A DNA stretch of 55,226 nt, counting the filler, from Malassezia furfur (lineage: Eukaryota), in the NCBI GenBank assembly GCA_052055015.1. It is 3 parts of 3 records of this genome, joined end to end, with 100 filler letters (N's around TTAATTAATTAA, not from the genome) between each part and the next. Parts side by side here need not be neighbours in the genome. Positions count along the whole stretch, not along the records: positions 18,606 to 36,917 come from JBQJIT010000208.1; 2 more parts are not named here. One strand, written 5' to 3'. The notes beneath the pieces were generated by a model. The model was not told the DNA's origin. It saw nothing but the letters and a program-made list of their open reading frames with translations, and ran no database searches. The translations under genes were made by a program, and so were the position numbers. Shown here piece after piece: positions 24,554-35,184 of the stretch. How positions within the stretch are numbered: position 1 is the stretch's first letter; the number at the start of each line of letters is the position of its first letter.

Positions 24554-26087
24554 ATGAGCGAAGAGGCGGCCTGGGAATCGCAGGCGCCGCCCGAGAGTGC
24601 CACTCCTTCTGCCGCTCCTGCTACGGCACAGCAGGAACCGAGCACACACGCAAATGCCCATGGGCCAGCAACGGCGCCCGACAATGAATACCTCCGCCGA
24701 CGCGTTTTGTACGTGTCGGCGAACCAACCGGCGCTCCTGCGCCTGCCTTCTGGCATGACGAAGCAGGTGGTCTTGGAGCCTGGAAAAACGGTATCAATCG
24801 GCAAATTTGGCTCCTTTGCTGCGGACGACGTGATTGGGCGTCCATATGGTCCGACGTACGAAATTCAGGCCGACGGTCAGCTGCAAATCATGCACCAAGA
24901 CGTGGCAGAAACACTGAGTACGTCTCTCGCTCATCGCAGCCGAAAATGAAGCCACGAACGAAAACATATTTGACGATGGCGAGTCGCAATCGCTCTCGTA
25001 CGAAGACATCAAGGCGCTCAAAGAGGCAGGCGCTACAGGACGCGTGCGTTGCCTTCGCTCACCCAGGAAATCATCCAAAAACAGCTCGAGGGGAACAAGA
25101 GCTACGACTTGCGCACGACGTACAGCCGCGACAAGATCATGAAGCGCAAGGAAGCGAAGCACCTCAAATTCTTTACGCCGCTGCCCCCGGACCTCTACAA
25201 TGTGGCCTGGTACAACTTTGAGCGGCACCCGGACAAGATTCGTTGGCTCCGGCCCGATGCACTCTCACAGCTGCTGTCGTTTGCCGACGTGCGTGCTGGA
25301 GGGAAGTACTTGGTGGTCGATGGCGTCGGGGGTCTGCTCACCGGCGCGATTCTCGAACGCATGGGCGGTACGTCTTCCAGGCTGACGGCAGGGAGTGGAT
25401 CGGTGCATTTGATCCATGATGCAGATTCACCCCCGGCATTGGAGCTGCTGCCGCTGTTTAATCTCACGCCCTACCACACCCGTCATGTCCTGCATACGAT
25501 GCACTGGGCGGCTACCGAGGGCCGCTGGACGCTGCGTACGTTCCCTTCCTGACGCAGCGTCACATATGGCCGACGAACTTGCGCGTGTGTACAAGACGGA
25601 CCGCGAGCGCAACCGCGCTAGGAAGAAGCGCGCGGGAATCGAAGAGTTTGTGGCCACACGTCAGCAATTTTTTGACGGCGAGTTTGACGGGTGCGTCGTA
25701 GCGACTGACGCAGCGCCATCATTGCGTGCCCCTATGAGCCTTATTCGGTGATCCACCGATTTTTGCCTTACCTGGCAGGCTCGTCCAACGTTGCTGTGCA
25801 CAGCCCGCAGCTGCAGGTACGTTGCCCGACTAACCCAGCCCCTGGTGGAAACCCAAGCGCGGCTGCGTGCGAATCCCAATTTCATCAACGTCTCTATCAC
25901 CGAGCCGTGGCTCCGGCGGTACCAGGTGTTGCCGGCACGGACCCATCCGGACATGTCGACGTCGGCCAGCGGCGGCTACATCCTGCACGCTGTGCGCATC
26001 CTGAGCGACGACGACGAGCTCGATGAAAATGACTCGTCCGGGGGCCCCGCTCCGCCTCCGGCCACCGACGCCGCGCCAGAGGCCTAA
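24554..26087 (+). CDS. TRM6: tRNA (adenine-58-N1)-methyltransferase non-catalytic subunit Trm6/Gcd10; 6 introns
   Basis: Contains SIGKFGSF, ATNENIFDDGESQSLSYEDIKALK, LRPDALSQLL and EPWLRRYQVLPARTHPDM...GGYIL. Introns at 24918-24939, 25044-25066, 25368-25391, 25536-25557, 25691-25713 and 25817-25838 (22-24 nt each). Confidence 0.92.
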
Positions 26088-26331
26088 CCTCCACCCGTTC
26101 GCCAAAATTAGCGCAGACCGCGCACGGACATCCATCTGGGTAGATGTTACGTAGATTTTGGATCGAACAATTTTGGGATTAACGTGCGGAACAGGCGGCA
26201 CACTGTCTATCGTTCACGACAGCATCTGTGTCGCGTGTGCCTGACCGCGGTCCAGAGACCATCGTGGATTGGAACCTTGCTTACGCTGTCCTGAACCATC
26301 GATTGCACCGTCTGCGAACTTGGAAGCCCTG

Positions 26332-27462
26332 ATGCCTCTGTCCAGCTTGCGCCACGTCACGGGGACGTCCGATGTGGTTCTTGAGCGCATGCTCACGGCC
26401 TTCGGAACGAGCCCTCCAGCTACGGACGGCGCCCTGAGCGCGGAGTCAGACAGGGCTTCGCTGGTGTCCGATTCCGAGTCGCTCTCGGACGAAGACGAGT
26501 GGCTGCCCGAGGCGCGCTCGACAAAGAACCCAGAACCGTACGTTATTCACCGTCCGTTCGATTTTGCGACTTTTCACCGCAGCCTGCCGTCTTTGAAACC
26601 GTCCAATTCGCTCCGGAGGAAACACAGTACCAAGCGCTCGCAGCCGCCCGGCGCGGCACGCGCACCCCCTGCGCACGACGCACAAGGCTCAGGGGATAAG
26701 GTCTCGCTGATTCGACGCCTCACCAATGGCGAATCGCGGCGCCAGCGCCGCCGCCAAGTCAAGCTGCGCCATTTCCACGGCCGAGTACTGGGCGTGCTGC
26801 ACGGCGGGCCGGACCCGATCTGCCCTGACGAGATCGGGAAGCCCGCGGTATCCCGGGGTCTCGGCAAGGCGACACCTGCCCCGTGCGAACCACCTTTGGC
26901 TCAGCCTGGCGCCACAATGAACGACCTACCGCTGGAGCGGCCCGTTACGCCGCTGTGTACCAAGATTGCGCGGTCACAGTCCCTGCGGTCTATGCCACCG
27001 CGCCGCAAACCCGTACCGCGCCTCATCTCTCACAGCCGCGCCGAGAGCGAGCCGACGCCCTACCAGGACGCAAGCCAAGTACACGCGCTTCCGCGGCGGG
27101 CATCGCACCAGTCACTCTCCCTGCGGCCCAGTAACCAGCCACCTCCTCGGCCACCAAAGAGTGCGCTACGAAGGATGGCCACCGTGTTCCGGCCGTCACC
27201 GGTGGTGGCCGCAACATACGACCCGTCGTGTGCGGTAGGCATCCACTCCTTCGAGTTGTCTTCGTCGACCAGCTTCGATGCCCACGACTACGAAGCGCCA
27301 CCGCTCGACTCGGACCATTCCGACACGGACGATACCGACAGCGCACCCGATACGATGTACACCCGCGTATCCGCGCAGCCCCTGTTCGGGATGCAGAGCG
27401 CCATCAAGAACTTTGAGACGATGCCCCCCTTCCTTGCCCCGCCCGTGAATGTGCCTCGGTAG
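26332..27462 (+). CDS. Hypothetical Ser/Pro/Arg-rich, probably disordered protein
   Basis: 376-aa ORF from ATG 26332 filling the space between genes, with PPPRPPKS and PPRRKPVP motifs. No recognisable domain. Confidence 0.55.
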   Translation: MPLSSLRHVTGTSDVVLERMLTAFGTSPPATDGALSAESDRASLVSDSESLSDEDEWLPEARSTKNPEPYVIHRPFDFATFHRSLPSLKPSNSLRRKHSTKRSQPPGAARAPPAHDAQGSGDKVSLIRRLTNGESRRQRRRQVKLRHFHGRVLGVLHGGPDPICPDEIGKPAVSRGLGKATPAPCEPPLAQPGATMNDLPLERPVTPLCTKIARSQSLRSMPPRRKPVPRLISHSRAESEPTPYQDASQVHALPRRASHQSLSLRPSNQPPPRPPKSALRRMATVFRPSPVVAATYDPSCAVGIHSFELSSSTSFDAHDYEAPPLDSDHSDTDDTDSAPDTMYTRVSAQPLFGMQSAIKNFETMPPFLAPPVNVPR

Positions 27463-27569
27463 AACGACGTGAATAGCTACACCCAATCATCCCTCCATGT
27501 GGTGCCTTGGTCCATGCGCAACCTCTCGGCCGACGATCCCCCACGCCTGGACTCCGACGGCCGCATGCG

Positions 27570-28559
27570 ATGGCCGGGGCATCAGCACGCGTCGGCGAGG
27601 ACGTTGAGCAGCGTTCCAATCTGATCAAGTTGGCAGCTGATGGCTACCTCGATTCGCACCTGGTGGACCGGAAAGTCCGGCCGAACCAAACAGGGGTACG
27701 CGGCCCAGACGCGTTGGCGTCGGGCACCGAGGCGCGAACCCGCATTGCGCTCACGGCGCAAAACTTGGACCAGATCCCCGAGGCCGAACAGCTGGCGCCC
27801 GGCATCCGCCTGCCGGAGCATGTGATGAGTGCGGTGCCGCCAGTCGCGGGGCCTGGCTGCTCCGACCAGGGCACCGGCGAGGCCGGCCCCGGCGGATTGG
27901 AGGGCGATCTGGAACCGAGTGTCCCGCCCGAGCTCGACCCACGCACGCCCGTGTTCCGCCCGGGCCACCCGAGTGCCGGCTCTGTCTTTTCGGTGGCCGT
28001 CCAGCCTGGTTCGCCACGGAGCGTCGCGACGATGGAGATGGACCGAGGGCCGGAGCGCCCGGCGCGCGCCGCGTCCTCGGTGGATGTGTCGGTGCAGACG
28101 TTGTCCGACGACGACGCCTCGTCCTCGCGCGCTACAACGCCTGTCTACTCTGGGAGAGACTCAGGCAGCGTGGCGCCCAATACCCAGGGCACCTCGCGCC
28201 CCGAGAGTCTCGCGGACAGCGAGGCAGGCAGCGTGCTGAGCGACGCCAGCCACGTGGCCTACTCGGCAGACGTCCGTGAGCAGGAGTTGGCCATCGAGCA
28301 GCAGCGCATGCGCGAGCGCGAGCTGGTCGGTGGCGAGCTGGGGATCGGCGGCCCGATCGCCGTGCCGTTCGCGCGGCTGCCGGACCAATTGGTGCAGTTG
28401 CGTGGCTCGCAGTCACACCGCTCGATGAGCTCGGCGGCGACGGTCGCCTCGTCGCCCGCAGCCTCCGTGCGCGAGTACGACCAGGAGGAGCCCGGGTCGC
28501 CGACGCGCGGCAGCGCGTGGGGCCCCCGCGGGGAAGCGGCCGACCCGCTGCGTCCGTAG
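27570..28559 (+). CDS. Hypothetical low-complexity protein
   Basis: 329-aa ORF from ATG 27570 with protein-like segments (IALTAQNLDQIP, VREQELAIEQQRMRERELVGGELGIGG). Function unknown. Confidence 0.55.
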   Translation: MAGASARVGEDVEQRSNLIKLAADGYLDSHLVDRKVRPNQTGVRGPDALASGTEARTRIALTAQNLDQIPEAEQLAPGIRLPEHVMSAVPPVAGPGCSDQGTGEAGPGGLEGDLEPSVPPELDPRTPVFRPGHPSAGSVFSVAVQPGSPRSVATMEMDRGPERPARAASSVDVSVQTLSDDDASSSRATTPVYSGRDSGSVAPNTQGTSRPESLADSEAGSVLSDASHVAYSADVREQELAIEQQRMRERELVGGELGIGGPIAVPFARLPDQLVQLRGSQSHRSMSSAATVASSPAASVREYDQEEPGSPTRGSAWGPRGEAADPLRP

Positions 28560-28603
28560 TGTGTACACGTGACTTAATCGGCGCCGGCGCTTGCGCTTCG
28601 ATC

Positions 28604-30421
28604 ATGGCGAGCCTGCTGCGCTGGAGCGCGCGCGCGGTGCATCGCGTGCGGCCTGTGTCTGCGCCAAGTGCGCTGTGCGCGGTGCGGTGCCTCAGCACGG
28701 AACCCGCGCGTGCCGACTGGCCCGCGATGCCCCCCGTGTCGGTGGACGAGCCGAACCAGCTGACGAAGCTGGTGTCCGACGCGCTGCACCTGCCGCGTTT
28801 TGCGGCGCACTCGTCGTCGGTGGTGCGCATCGAGACCCCGCGGCAGTTCTACGGGCTGCTCAAGACCAAAATCCTGCAGGCCAAGCACCGCATCTTCCTC
28901 TCGACGCTGTACGTCGGCAAGGAGGAACGCGAGCTGGCGCGTTATCTCTACGAGGCGCTCTCGAAGCGCCCCGAGCTGCAGGTCACCATCCTCATGGACG
29001 CGATGCGCGCCACGCGCGAGTCGCCCAAAAGCGTGTCGAGCGCGTCGCTGCTCGTGCACCTCGCAGGGATGTTCCCCGACCAGGTGGACATCCGCCTGTA
29101 TGCGACGCCGCTGCTGCGGCCGAACAGCGCCAAGGCGCGCATCATCGGCAAGCGCTTCAACGAAGGCTTCGGCCTGCAACACATGAAGGTGTACGGCTTT
29201 GACGACGACGTGATCATCACCGGCGCGAACCTCTCGCGCGACTACTTTACGCGGCGCAAGGACCGCTACATGATGATCCGCCGGCACGCGTTCCTCGCCG
29301 ACTATCTCCATGCGCTGATCCTGCTCGTGAGCCGCTTCAGTTACGCGCTGCGCTACAACGGCGACGCCGCCGAGCTGCGCAAGATGATCCAGGCGATGCC
29401 GGAGCTGGACGACGCGTCCGACGAGTACATCGCCCTGTGCCACGCACCCTTCCTGCTCGAGTGGGACGGCGGCGCAAACCTGCTGTCCGCGGAGGACACC
29501 GACGGGACGATCAGTTCCGCGGGCCTGTGGCCCGACAACAAGTCGTTCCCGGAGCGCAACTGGTCCACGTCGGCCACCAAGGCCCTGCACGACTTTACCG
29601 CGCGCTGGTACGAGCGCACGCAGGACACCAGCGGCGCGCCGCCGCAGCATGCACCACCGCACAACGCAGACACTTTCCTTGTGCCCTTGCTGCAGATCGG
29701 TCAGCTGAACGTCACGCAGGAGGCCGACATGATACCCTATCTCAGCCGATACCTCGGCGCGCTCCAACGCCCCGCGGAGCACGCCGCGGACGAGCCGCCG
29801 TACGCCCTCGTGGATATCACCTCGGGCTACTTTAGTCTCGCGGGGGTGTACAAGTCGCTTGTCTTTTCCCCCGAGCTCCACGCCCACGGGCAGCAGCCGG
29901 GCCGCATCCCGGTCGCCTTCCGGCTCGTGGCGGCCTCGCCCGAGGCCAATGGGTTCTTTGGGAGCAAGGGGATCAGCGGGCGCATCCCGCACGCCTACAC
30001 CTACCTCGAGCGCCAGTTCTGGGAGCAGGTCGTCCAGCGCGGCCTCCACAAGCCCGTGCGGCGCAGCGCCGAGGCGGCCGAGGCCGACCCGACGCCGACG
30101 ATTGAGCTGCGCGAGTGGCGCAAGTACGGCTGGACGTACCACCAGAAGGGTGTGTGGATCACGCCCCCGGGCACCACGCTGCCGAGCGCCACGCTCATCG
30201 GCTCGTCCAACTACGGCATGCGCTCCGAAAACTTTGATGTGGAGTGCTCGCTGCTGATGACCACCGAGTCGAGCCCGCTGCGCCGCCTGCTCGAGGCCGA
30301 AGTAGAGGACATGCGCGACGACGCACGCGACCTGATGGACGTGCAGGCGTTCAATGCGCCGGACCGCAAGGTCGACCTGATCACGCGCATCCTCACGCGT
30401 CTCGTCCGGTACATGCTGTAG
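28604..30421 (+). CDS. PGS1: Mitochondrial phosphatidylglycerophosphate synthase (PLD superfamily)
   Basis: Arg-rich presequence, RIFLSTLYVG, GLQHMKVYGFDD, GANLSRDYFTRRKDRY, ASPEANGFFGSKG and WTYHQKGVW...IGSSNYG. Confidence 0.93.
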   Translation: MASLLRWSARAVHRVRPVSAPSALCAVRCLSTEPARADWPAMPPVSVDEPNQLTKLVSDALHLPRFAAHSSSVVRIETPRQFYGLLKTKILQAKHRIFLSTLYVGKEERELARYLYEALSKRPELQVTILMDAMRATRESPKSVSSASLLVHLAGMFPDQVDIRLYATPLLRPNSAKARIIGKRFNEGFGLQHMKVYGFDDDVIITGANLSRDYFTRRKDRYMMIRRHAFLADYLHALILLVSRFSYALRYNGDAAELRKMIQAMPELDDASDEYIALCHAPFLLEWDGGANLLSAEDTDGTISSAGLWPDNKSFPERNWSTSATKALHDFTARWYERTQDTSGAPPQHAPPHNADTFLVPLLQIGQLNVTQEADMIPYLSRYLGALQRPAEHAADEPPYALVDITSGYFSLAGVYKSLVFSPELHAHGQQPGRIPVAFRLVAASPEANGFFGSKGISGRIPHAYTYLERQFWEQVVQRGLHKPVRRSAEAAEADPTPTIELREWRKYGWTYHQKGVWITPPGTTLPSATLIGSSNYGMRSENFDVECSLLMTTESSPLRRLLEAEVEDMRDDARDLMDVQAFNAPDRKVDLITRILTRLVRYML

Positions 30422-30482
30422 CCCCCCCGCATTGGCCTCCACCCGTCCAATTCGGCGCATTTTCGCGTCAACTGCCTCCACC

Positions 30483-31632
30483 ATGCCGCGACGCGTGCGT
30501 CGCCGCCGGCAGCAGGACGACGACGAGGGCGAGCCGATCACCGTGTCGCAGTCGGAACGCGAGGCGTTCGACGCGGAGCTTGCCGACCGCGTCTCGCGCT
30601 GGTCTGAGGCGTACTCGGACAGTACGTTGCACCGCTCACGCAGTCGTTGAACAGCTCCCGATGGAGCTGCAGCGCACGTTTGACCTCATGAAGGAGCTCG
30701 ATCGCCAGTCCGAGGGTACGCGCCGCGCTCACACAGACGAAAAAACGGAGATCGACGTCCTATGGAAGCAATACTGCGCCGCGCGGCACTGTGGGCCGCT
30801 CGCCGCCGAGGCGCACGCCGAGGTCAAGCAAGAGACGCACGGCGACGAGAGCGGCGCGGCGAGCAGTGCGGCGAGCGGCGCGGCGGGCAACACGGCCAGC
30901 ACGTCCGACGCCGCTGCCGAACGCCACGACCTGCTCCTGCGCCTGTCGGCGCGCGCACAAAGCACCGTGTCGATCGGCGACGAGAAACTGGCGCTGGCCG
31001 TCGCCGCCTACGACTCGGTCGACCGGCACATCCGCCGCCTCGACGCGGACCTGCTCAAGAACGAGCGCAGCCTGCATGCGGGCCTGCGCGAGGAACTCGC
31101 GGGCAAACCGGCCAACGACGGGACCACGACGGCGCTGCCGCTCGCGAGCGACCGCTTCTCGCCTGACGGCCAGCTGCTCACGTTCTGGAGCGGGCTCGTA
31201 CACCTCGATACGCTGACCTGCCTGGCCTACCTAAAGGAGCACCTCGCCAAAGAGGCCGCGGCCGCCGATGCGCGGCCTGCCAAGGGGCGGCACAAGCGCA
31301 CCGCGTCGCAACAGAGCGCATCCCACGCCGAGCCTGCGGGGATGACGCGCTTTGCCGAGACCGAGGTGGACCCGAGCGAGCCGCGGTACTGCTACTGCGA
31401 CCGCGTGTCGTACGGCGAGATGGTCGCGTGCGACAACGACGACTGTCCGCGCGAATGGGTACGCTGCCTGCACTTACCCCAGTTCCACTACGCCTGCGTG
31501 GGCCTCGAGCAGCCGCCCAAGGGGCACTGGTACTGCCAGTTTTGTGCGCCGCCGCACTGGAAGGGGCCCGGCACGCGCGTGCCCGACGACGCGCCGATTC
31601 GGCCCCCGAAACGCGTCGCGACGCGTGCTTAA
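30483..31632 (+). CDS. ING-family PHD-finger chromatin protein (Yng2/Pho23-like); 3 introns
   Basis: ING N-domain (VEQLPMELQRTFDLMKELD; DEKLALAVAAYDSVDRHIRRLDADL) and PHD finger EPRYCYCDRVSYGEMVACDNDDCPREW|FHYACVGL. Introns at 30622-30643, 30716-30736 and 31459-31482. Confidence 0.9.
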
Positions 31633-31676
31633 TAATTTGTAAAATAGACGCGCCGCGCCGCACGCGCCCCGCGACC

Positions 31677-34558
31677 ATGTCCGGCTTCATGTACCCCACG
31701 GAAGAAGCGCGGCGCGACAAGGGCGACGGAGGTACGTGTGGCGCTCATGTAGCCTCGGAGAGCAGCTTTGTGGCCTTCTTTGCGTCGCTGCCCCCGGCCG
31801 TGCCGGGCACCGTGCGCCTGTTTGACCGGCAGGACTTTTACACCGTGCATGGGCAGGACGCGCTGTTCGTGGCGGACACCGTGTTCAAGACGCAGTCGGT
31901 GCTCAAGTACCTCGGCAAGAAGAGCGACCAGGGCGGGCTGCCCTCGTGCACGCTGTCCGTGTCGGCGGCCAAGAGCTTCCTGCGCGACGCGCTCACCGCC
32001 AAGCAGTTCCGCATCGAGATCTGGGCGCCGAACGAGGGCACCGGGCGGCGCAGCGGCGCGTGGCAGATCAGCAAGCAGGCGTCGCCGGGCAACCTGCAGG
32101 ACGTGGAAGATCTGCTGTTCCTCAACGCCGACGTCGTGACGAACCCCATCGTGCTGGCGCTGCGCGTCAAGGCGCAGGACGGCCTGAACACGGTCGGCGT
32201 CGCGTTTGCTGATGCGACCAACCGCGAGATGGGCCTCGCGGAGTACGCGGAGAACGACCTCTTCTCCAACACCGAGTCGCTGCTCATCCAGCTGGGCGTC
32301 AAAGAGTGCCTCTTGCCCGCCGACGAGGCGCAGACCGACTACGACCTCGCCAAGCTGCGCACGGTGGTCGACCGGTGTGGGTGCGTGCTGAGCGACGTGA
32401 AGAAGAGCACCTTCACCACCAAGTCGATCGAGCAGGACCTGCGCCAGCTTGTCAAGCACGTCGGTGCCGCGCCGCCCGAGTTTGAGCACAAGGTGGCGCT
32501 CTCTTCCGCGGCGGCGCTGCTCACCTACCTCAACCTGCTCAGCGACGAGGCCAACCTGGGCCAATTTGCGCTGCGCACGCACGACCTGTCCGAGTACCTG
32601 CGGCTGGACCACGCGGCGCTGCGTGCGCTGAGCCTGTTCCCCGAGCAGACCGGCTCGGCGGCGTCGTCGAACCGCAACACGAGCGTGTTTGGATTGCTGA
32701 ACCACTGCAAGACCGCACAGGGCACGCGCATGCTGCACCAGTGGCTCAAGCAGCCGCTCGTCAGCGTGCCGGCCATCGAGAACCGGCAGGCGCTCGTCGA
32801 GATCTTCTTTGCGGACGTCGAGGCGCGGCACGCGCTGCAGGACACCTACCTCAAGTACATGCCCGATATGCTGCGCATCAGCAAGCGCTTCCAGCGGCGC
32901 GCCGCGACGCTCGAGGACGTGGTGCGGTGCTACCAGGCGGTGGTGCGCATCCCGGACCTGATCGCGACGCTCGACGCACTCGCCGCCACGCCGCTGTTCC
33001 AGAGCACGTTTGTGGCGCCGCTGCGCGACCTCAATGAGCACCTCGGCAAGCTCGTCGAGATGGTCGAGATGACGATCGACCTGGACGAGCTGGCGCACCA
33101 CAACTACGTGATCAAGCCCGACTTTGACGAGAGCCTCGGCACGATCAAGACGCAGCTCGGCCGGGTGCGCGACCAGCTCGACGAGCAGCACGCACTCGCC
33201 GGCCAGGACCTCGGGCTCGACACGGAGAAGAAGCTGCACCTCGAGAACCACACGTCGTACGGCTACTGCTTCCGCGTGACGCGCACCGACGCCGGCGTGC
33301 TCAAGAACCGCAAAGGATACATGGACCTCGGCACGGTCAAGGGCGGCGTCTACTTCACCACCGCCGCGCTGCGCGACCTCAACGACGAGCACCGCATGCT
33401 GTCGGACAACTACGCACGCACCCAGAGCCGCCTGGTCAAGGACGTGATCGAGATCGCCTGTACGTTTCCCCCGCTCACCCAGCCTCGTACACGCCGCCGC
33501 TCGAGCAGTTCAACGTGGTGCTGGCGCACCTCGACGTGGTGATCAGCCTCGCGCACGTCGCGCACAACGCACCCATCCCCTATACCAAGCCGCGGATCGG
33601 CGAGCGCGGCTCCGACCTCGTGCTGCACGCGTCGCGGCACCCGTGTCTCGAGGTGCAGGACGAGATCCACTTTATCCCCAACGATGTACAGATGCTCCGG
33701 GACACGTGCGACTTCCTGCTCGTCACCGGCCCCAACATGGGCGGCAAGTCGACCTACCTGCGCCAGATCGGCATCGTGACGCTCCTCGCGCAGATCGGGA
33801 GCTTTGTGCCCGCGGACGAAGGCGCGCGCGTGCCCGTGTGCGACTGCATCCTCGCGCGCGTCGGCGCCGGCGACAGCCAGCTGAAGGGCGTCAGCACGTT
33901 CATGGCCGAGATGCTCGAGACGGCGACCATCCTCAAGACGGCGACACGCGACTCGCTCGTGCTGATCGACGAGCTGGGGCGCGGCACGTCGACGTACGAC
34001 GGCTTCGGCCTCGCGTGGGCGATCTCGGAGTGGATCGCGACGCGCATCCACGCCAAGTGCGTGTTTGCGACGCACTTCCACGAGCTGACCAACCTCGCGC
34101 ACGAGCAGCCCAACGTGCAGAACCTGCACGTCGTCGCGCACGTCGCGCCGCGCGACGGCGGCTCCCGCTTCGACAAGGACATCACGCTCCTGTACAAGGT
34201 CGAGCCGGGCGTCAGCGACCAGAGCTACGGAATTCAGATCGCCGAGCTGGCCGACTTCCCCTCGAGCGTCATCCGCCTCGCGAAGCGCAAGGCCGAGGAG
34301 CTCGAGGGCGACCCCGAGCACAGCGCGGCACCCGCCCATGCATCCGAGGAGGAGACCGCCGCAGGCCTCGCGCTCGTCGACCAGTTCCTCGCGGCATGGG
34401 TCGACCGCTGCGGCAAGCGCGCACGCACCGACGACGACGACGAGGCGCTCGCGGCGCTCCAGGCGTCTATCCAGGAATACGACGAAAAGATTCGCGCCAA
34501 CGTACGTACACACACCCTCACACAGCCATGGACCGCCCAAATCCTACAGCAGTTCTAG
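31677..34558 (+). CDS. MSH2: DNA mismatch repair protein Msh2; 3 introns
   Basis: Contains [67 protein letters not shown] and FATHFHELT. Introns at 31732-31752, 33460-33482 and 34502-34525. Confidence 0.96.
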
Positions 34559-35113
34559 GCGGCCGGCGGCGGCAGCGGCTGCTCGTCGGGCACGCTGACG
34601 AAGCGCACGAGCCGCGCAAGCACCGCACGGTCGATGTCGTAGTCAATCGCAAGCTGGTCAAGCGTCGCGTCCTTGGGCGCACCACGGTACTCTTCCAGCA
34701 GGCGCACCAGCTCGGGCGCACTCAGCCCCACGGCCGGCTGCGCGGCGTCCTCGCCTTCGTGCTGCGCACGTGCCTGAAGAATGCCGAGCATGGCGTCCGA
34801 CTGCGTAAGCAGGCCCCGACGTACCTTGCCCGGGCGCTCCTGCAGCCCACGCACCTCGACGGCGCCGAGCGCGTGCAAGTTCTGCAGGAACTGGGGGTCG
34901 CGCGCGTCCTGCAGGATGGCTGGGTCAGCCGGCAAACTGCCTACATTGGTCCTTGGTGAAACGCGACGTGTCGTGCGTCTCGGCTCCGTGCGGCGCCGAG
35001 GCATGTGCACCCGGCGCCTGCGGCATCGCTCGCGCTCCAACGCCGGGCGCCGCAGGCTTCGAGGCCGCAGTCGCGCCCAGCTTGCGCGCCGGCTTCGAAC
35101 TGGCGCTGCCCAT
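34555..35113 (-). CDS. Small protein with N-myristoylation motif, NDUFAF4-like (complex I assembly factor candidate); 2 introns
   Basis: Starts [11 protein letters not shown]. Introns 34920-34944 and 34801-34824 give [24 protein letters not shown]...LVRLLEEY...[22 protein letters not shown]. The stop codon overlaps the MSH2 stop (CTAG). Confidence 0.6.
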
Positions 35114-35184
35114 CGTGGCGGTGGAACCTCCACCTGCGTCGGTCCCCTCCACGCCCGGGCGCTCCCCCCTGGGCCCCCACCACG

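Noticed and set aside
19026..33542. Apparent frameshifts suggesting pseudogenes or programmed frameshifting in BioDA, TRM6 and MSH2
   Set aside because: Every frame change coincides with a GT...branch...AG micro-intron whose removal restores conserved motifs.
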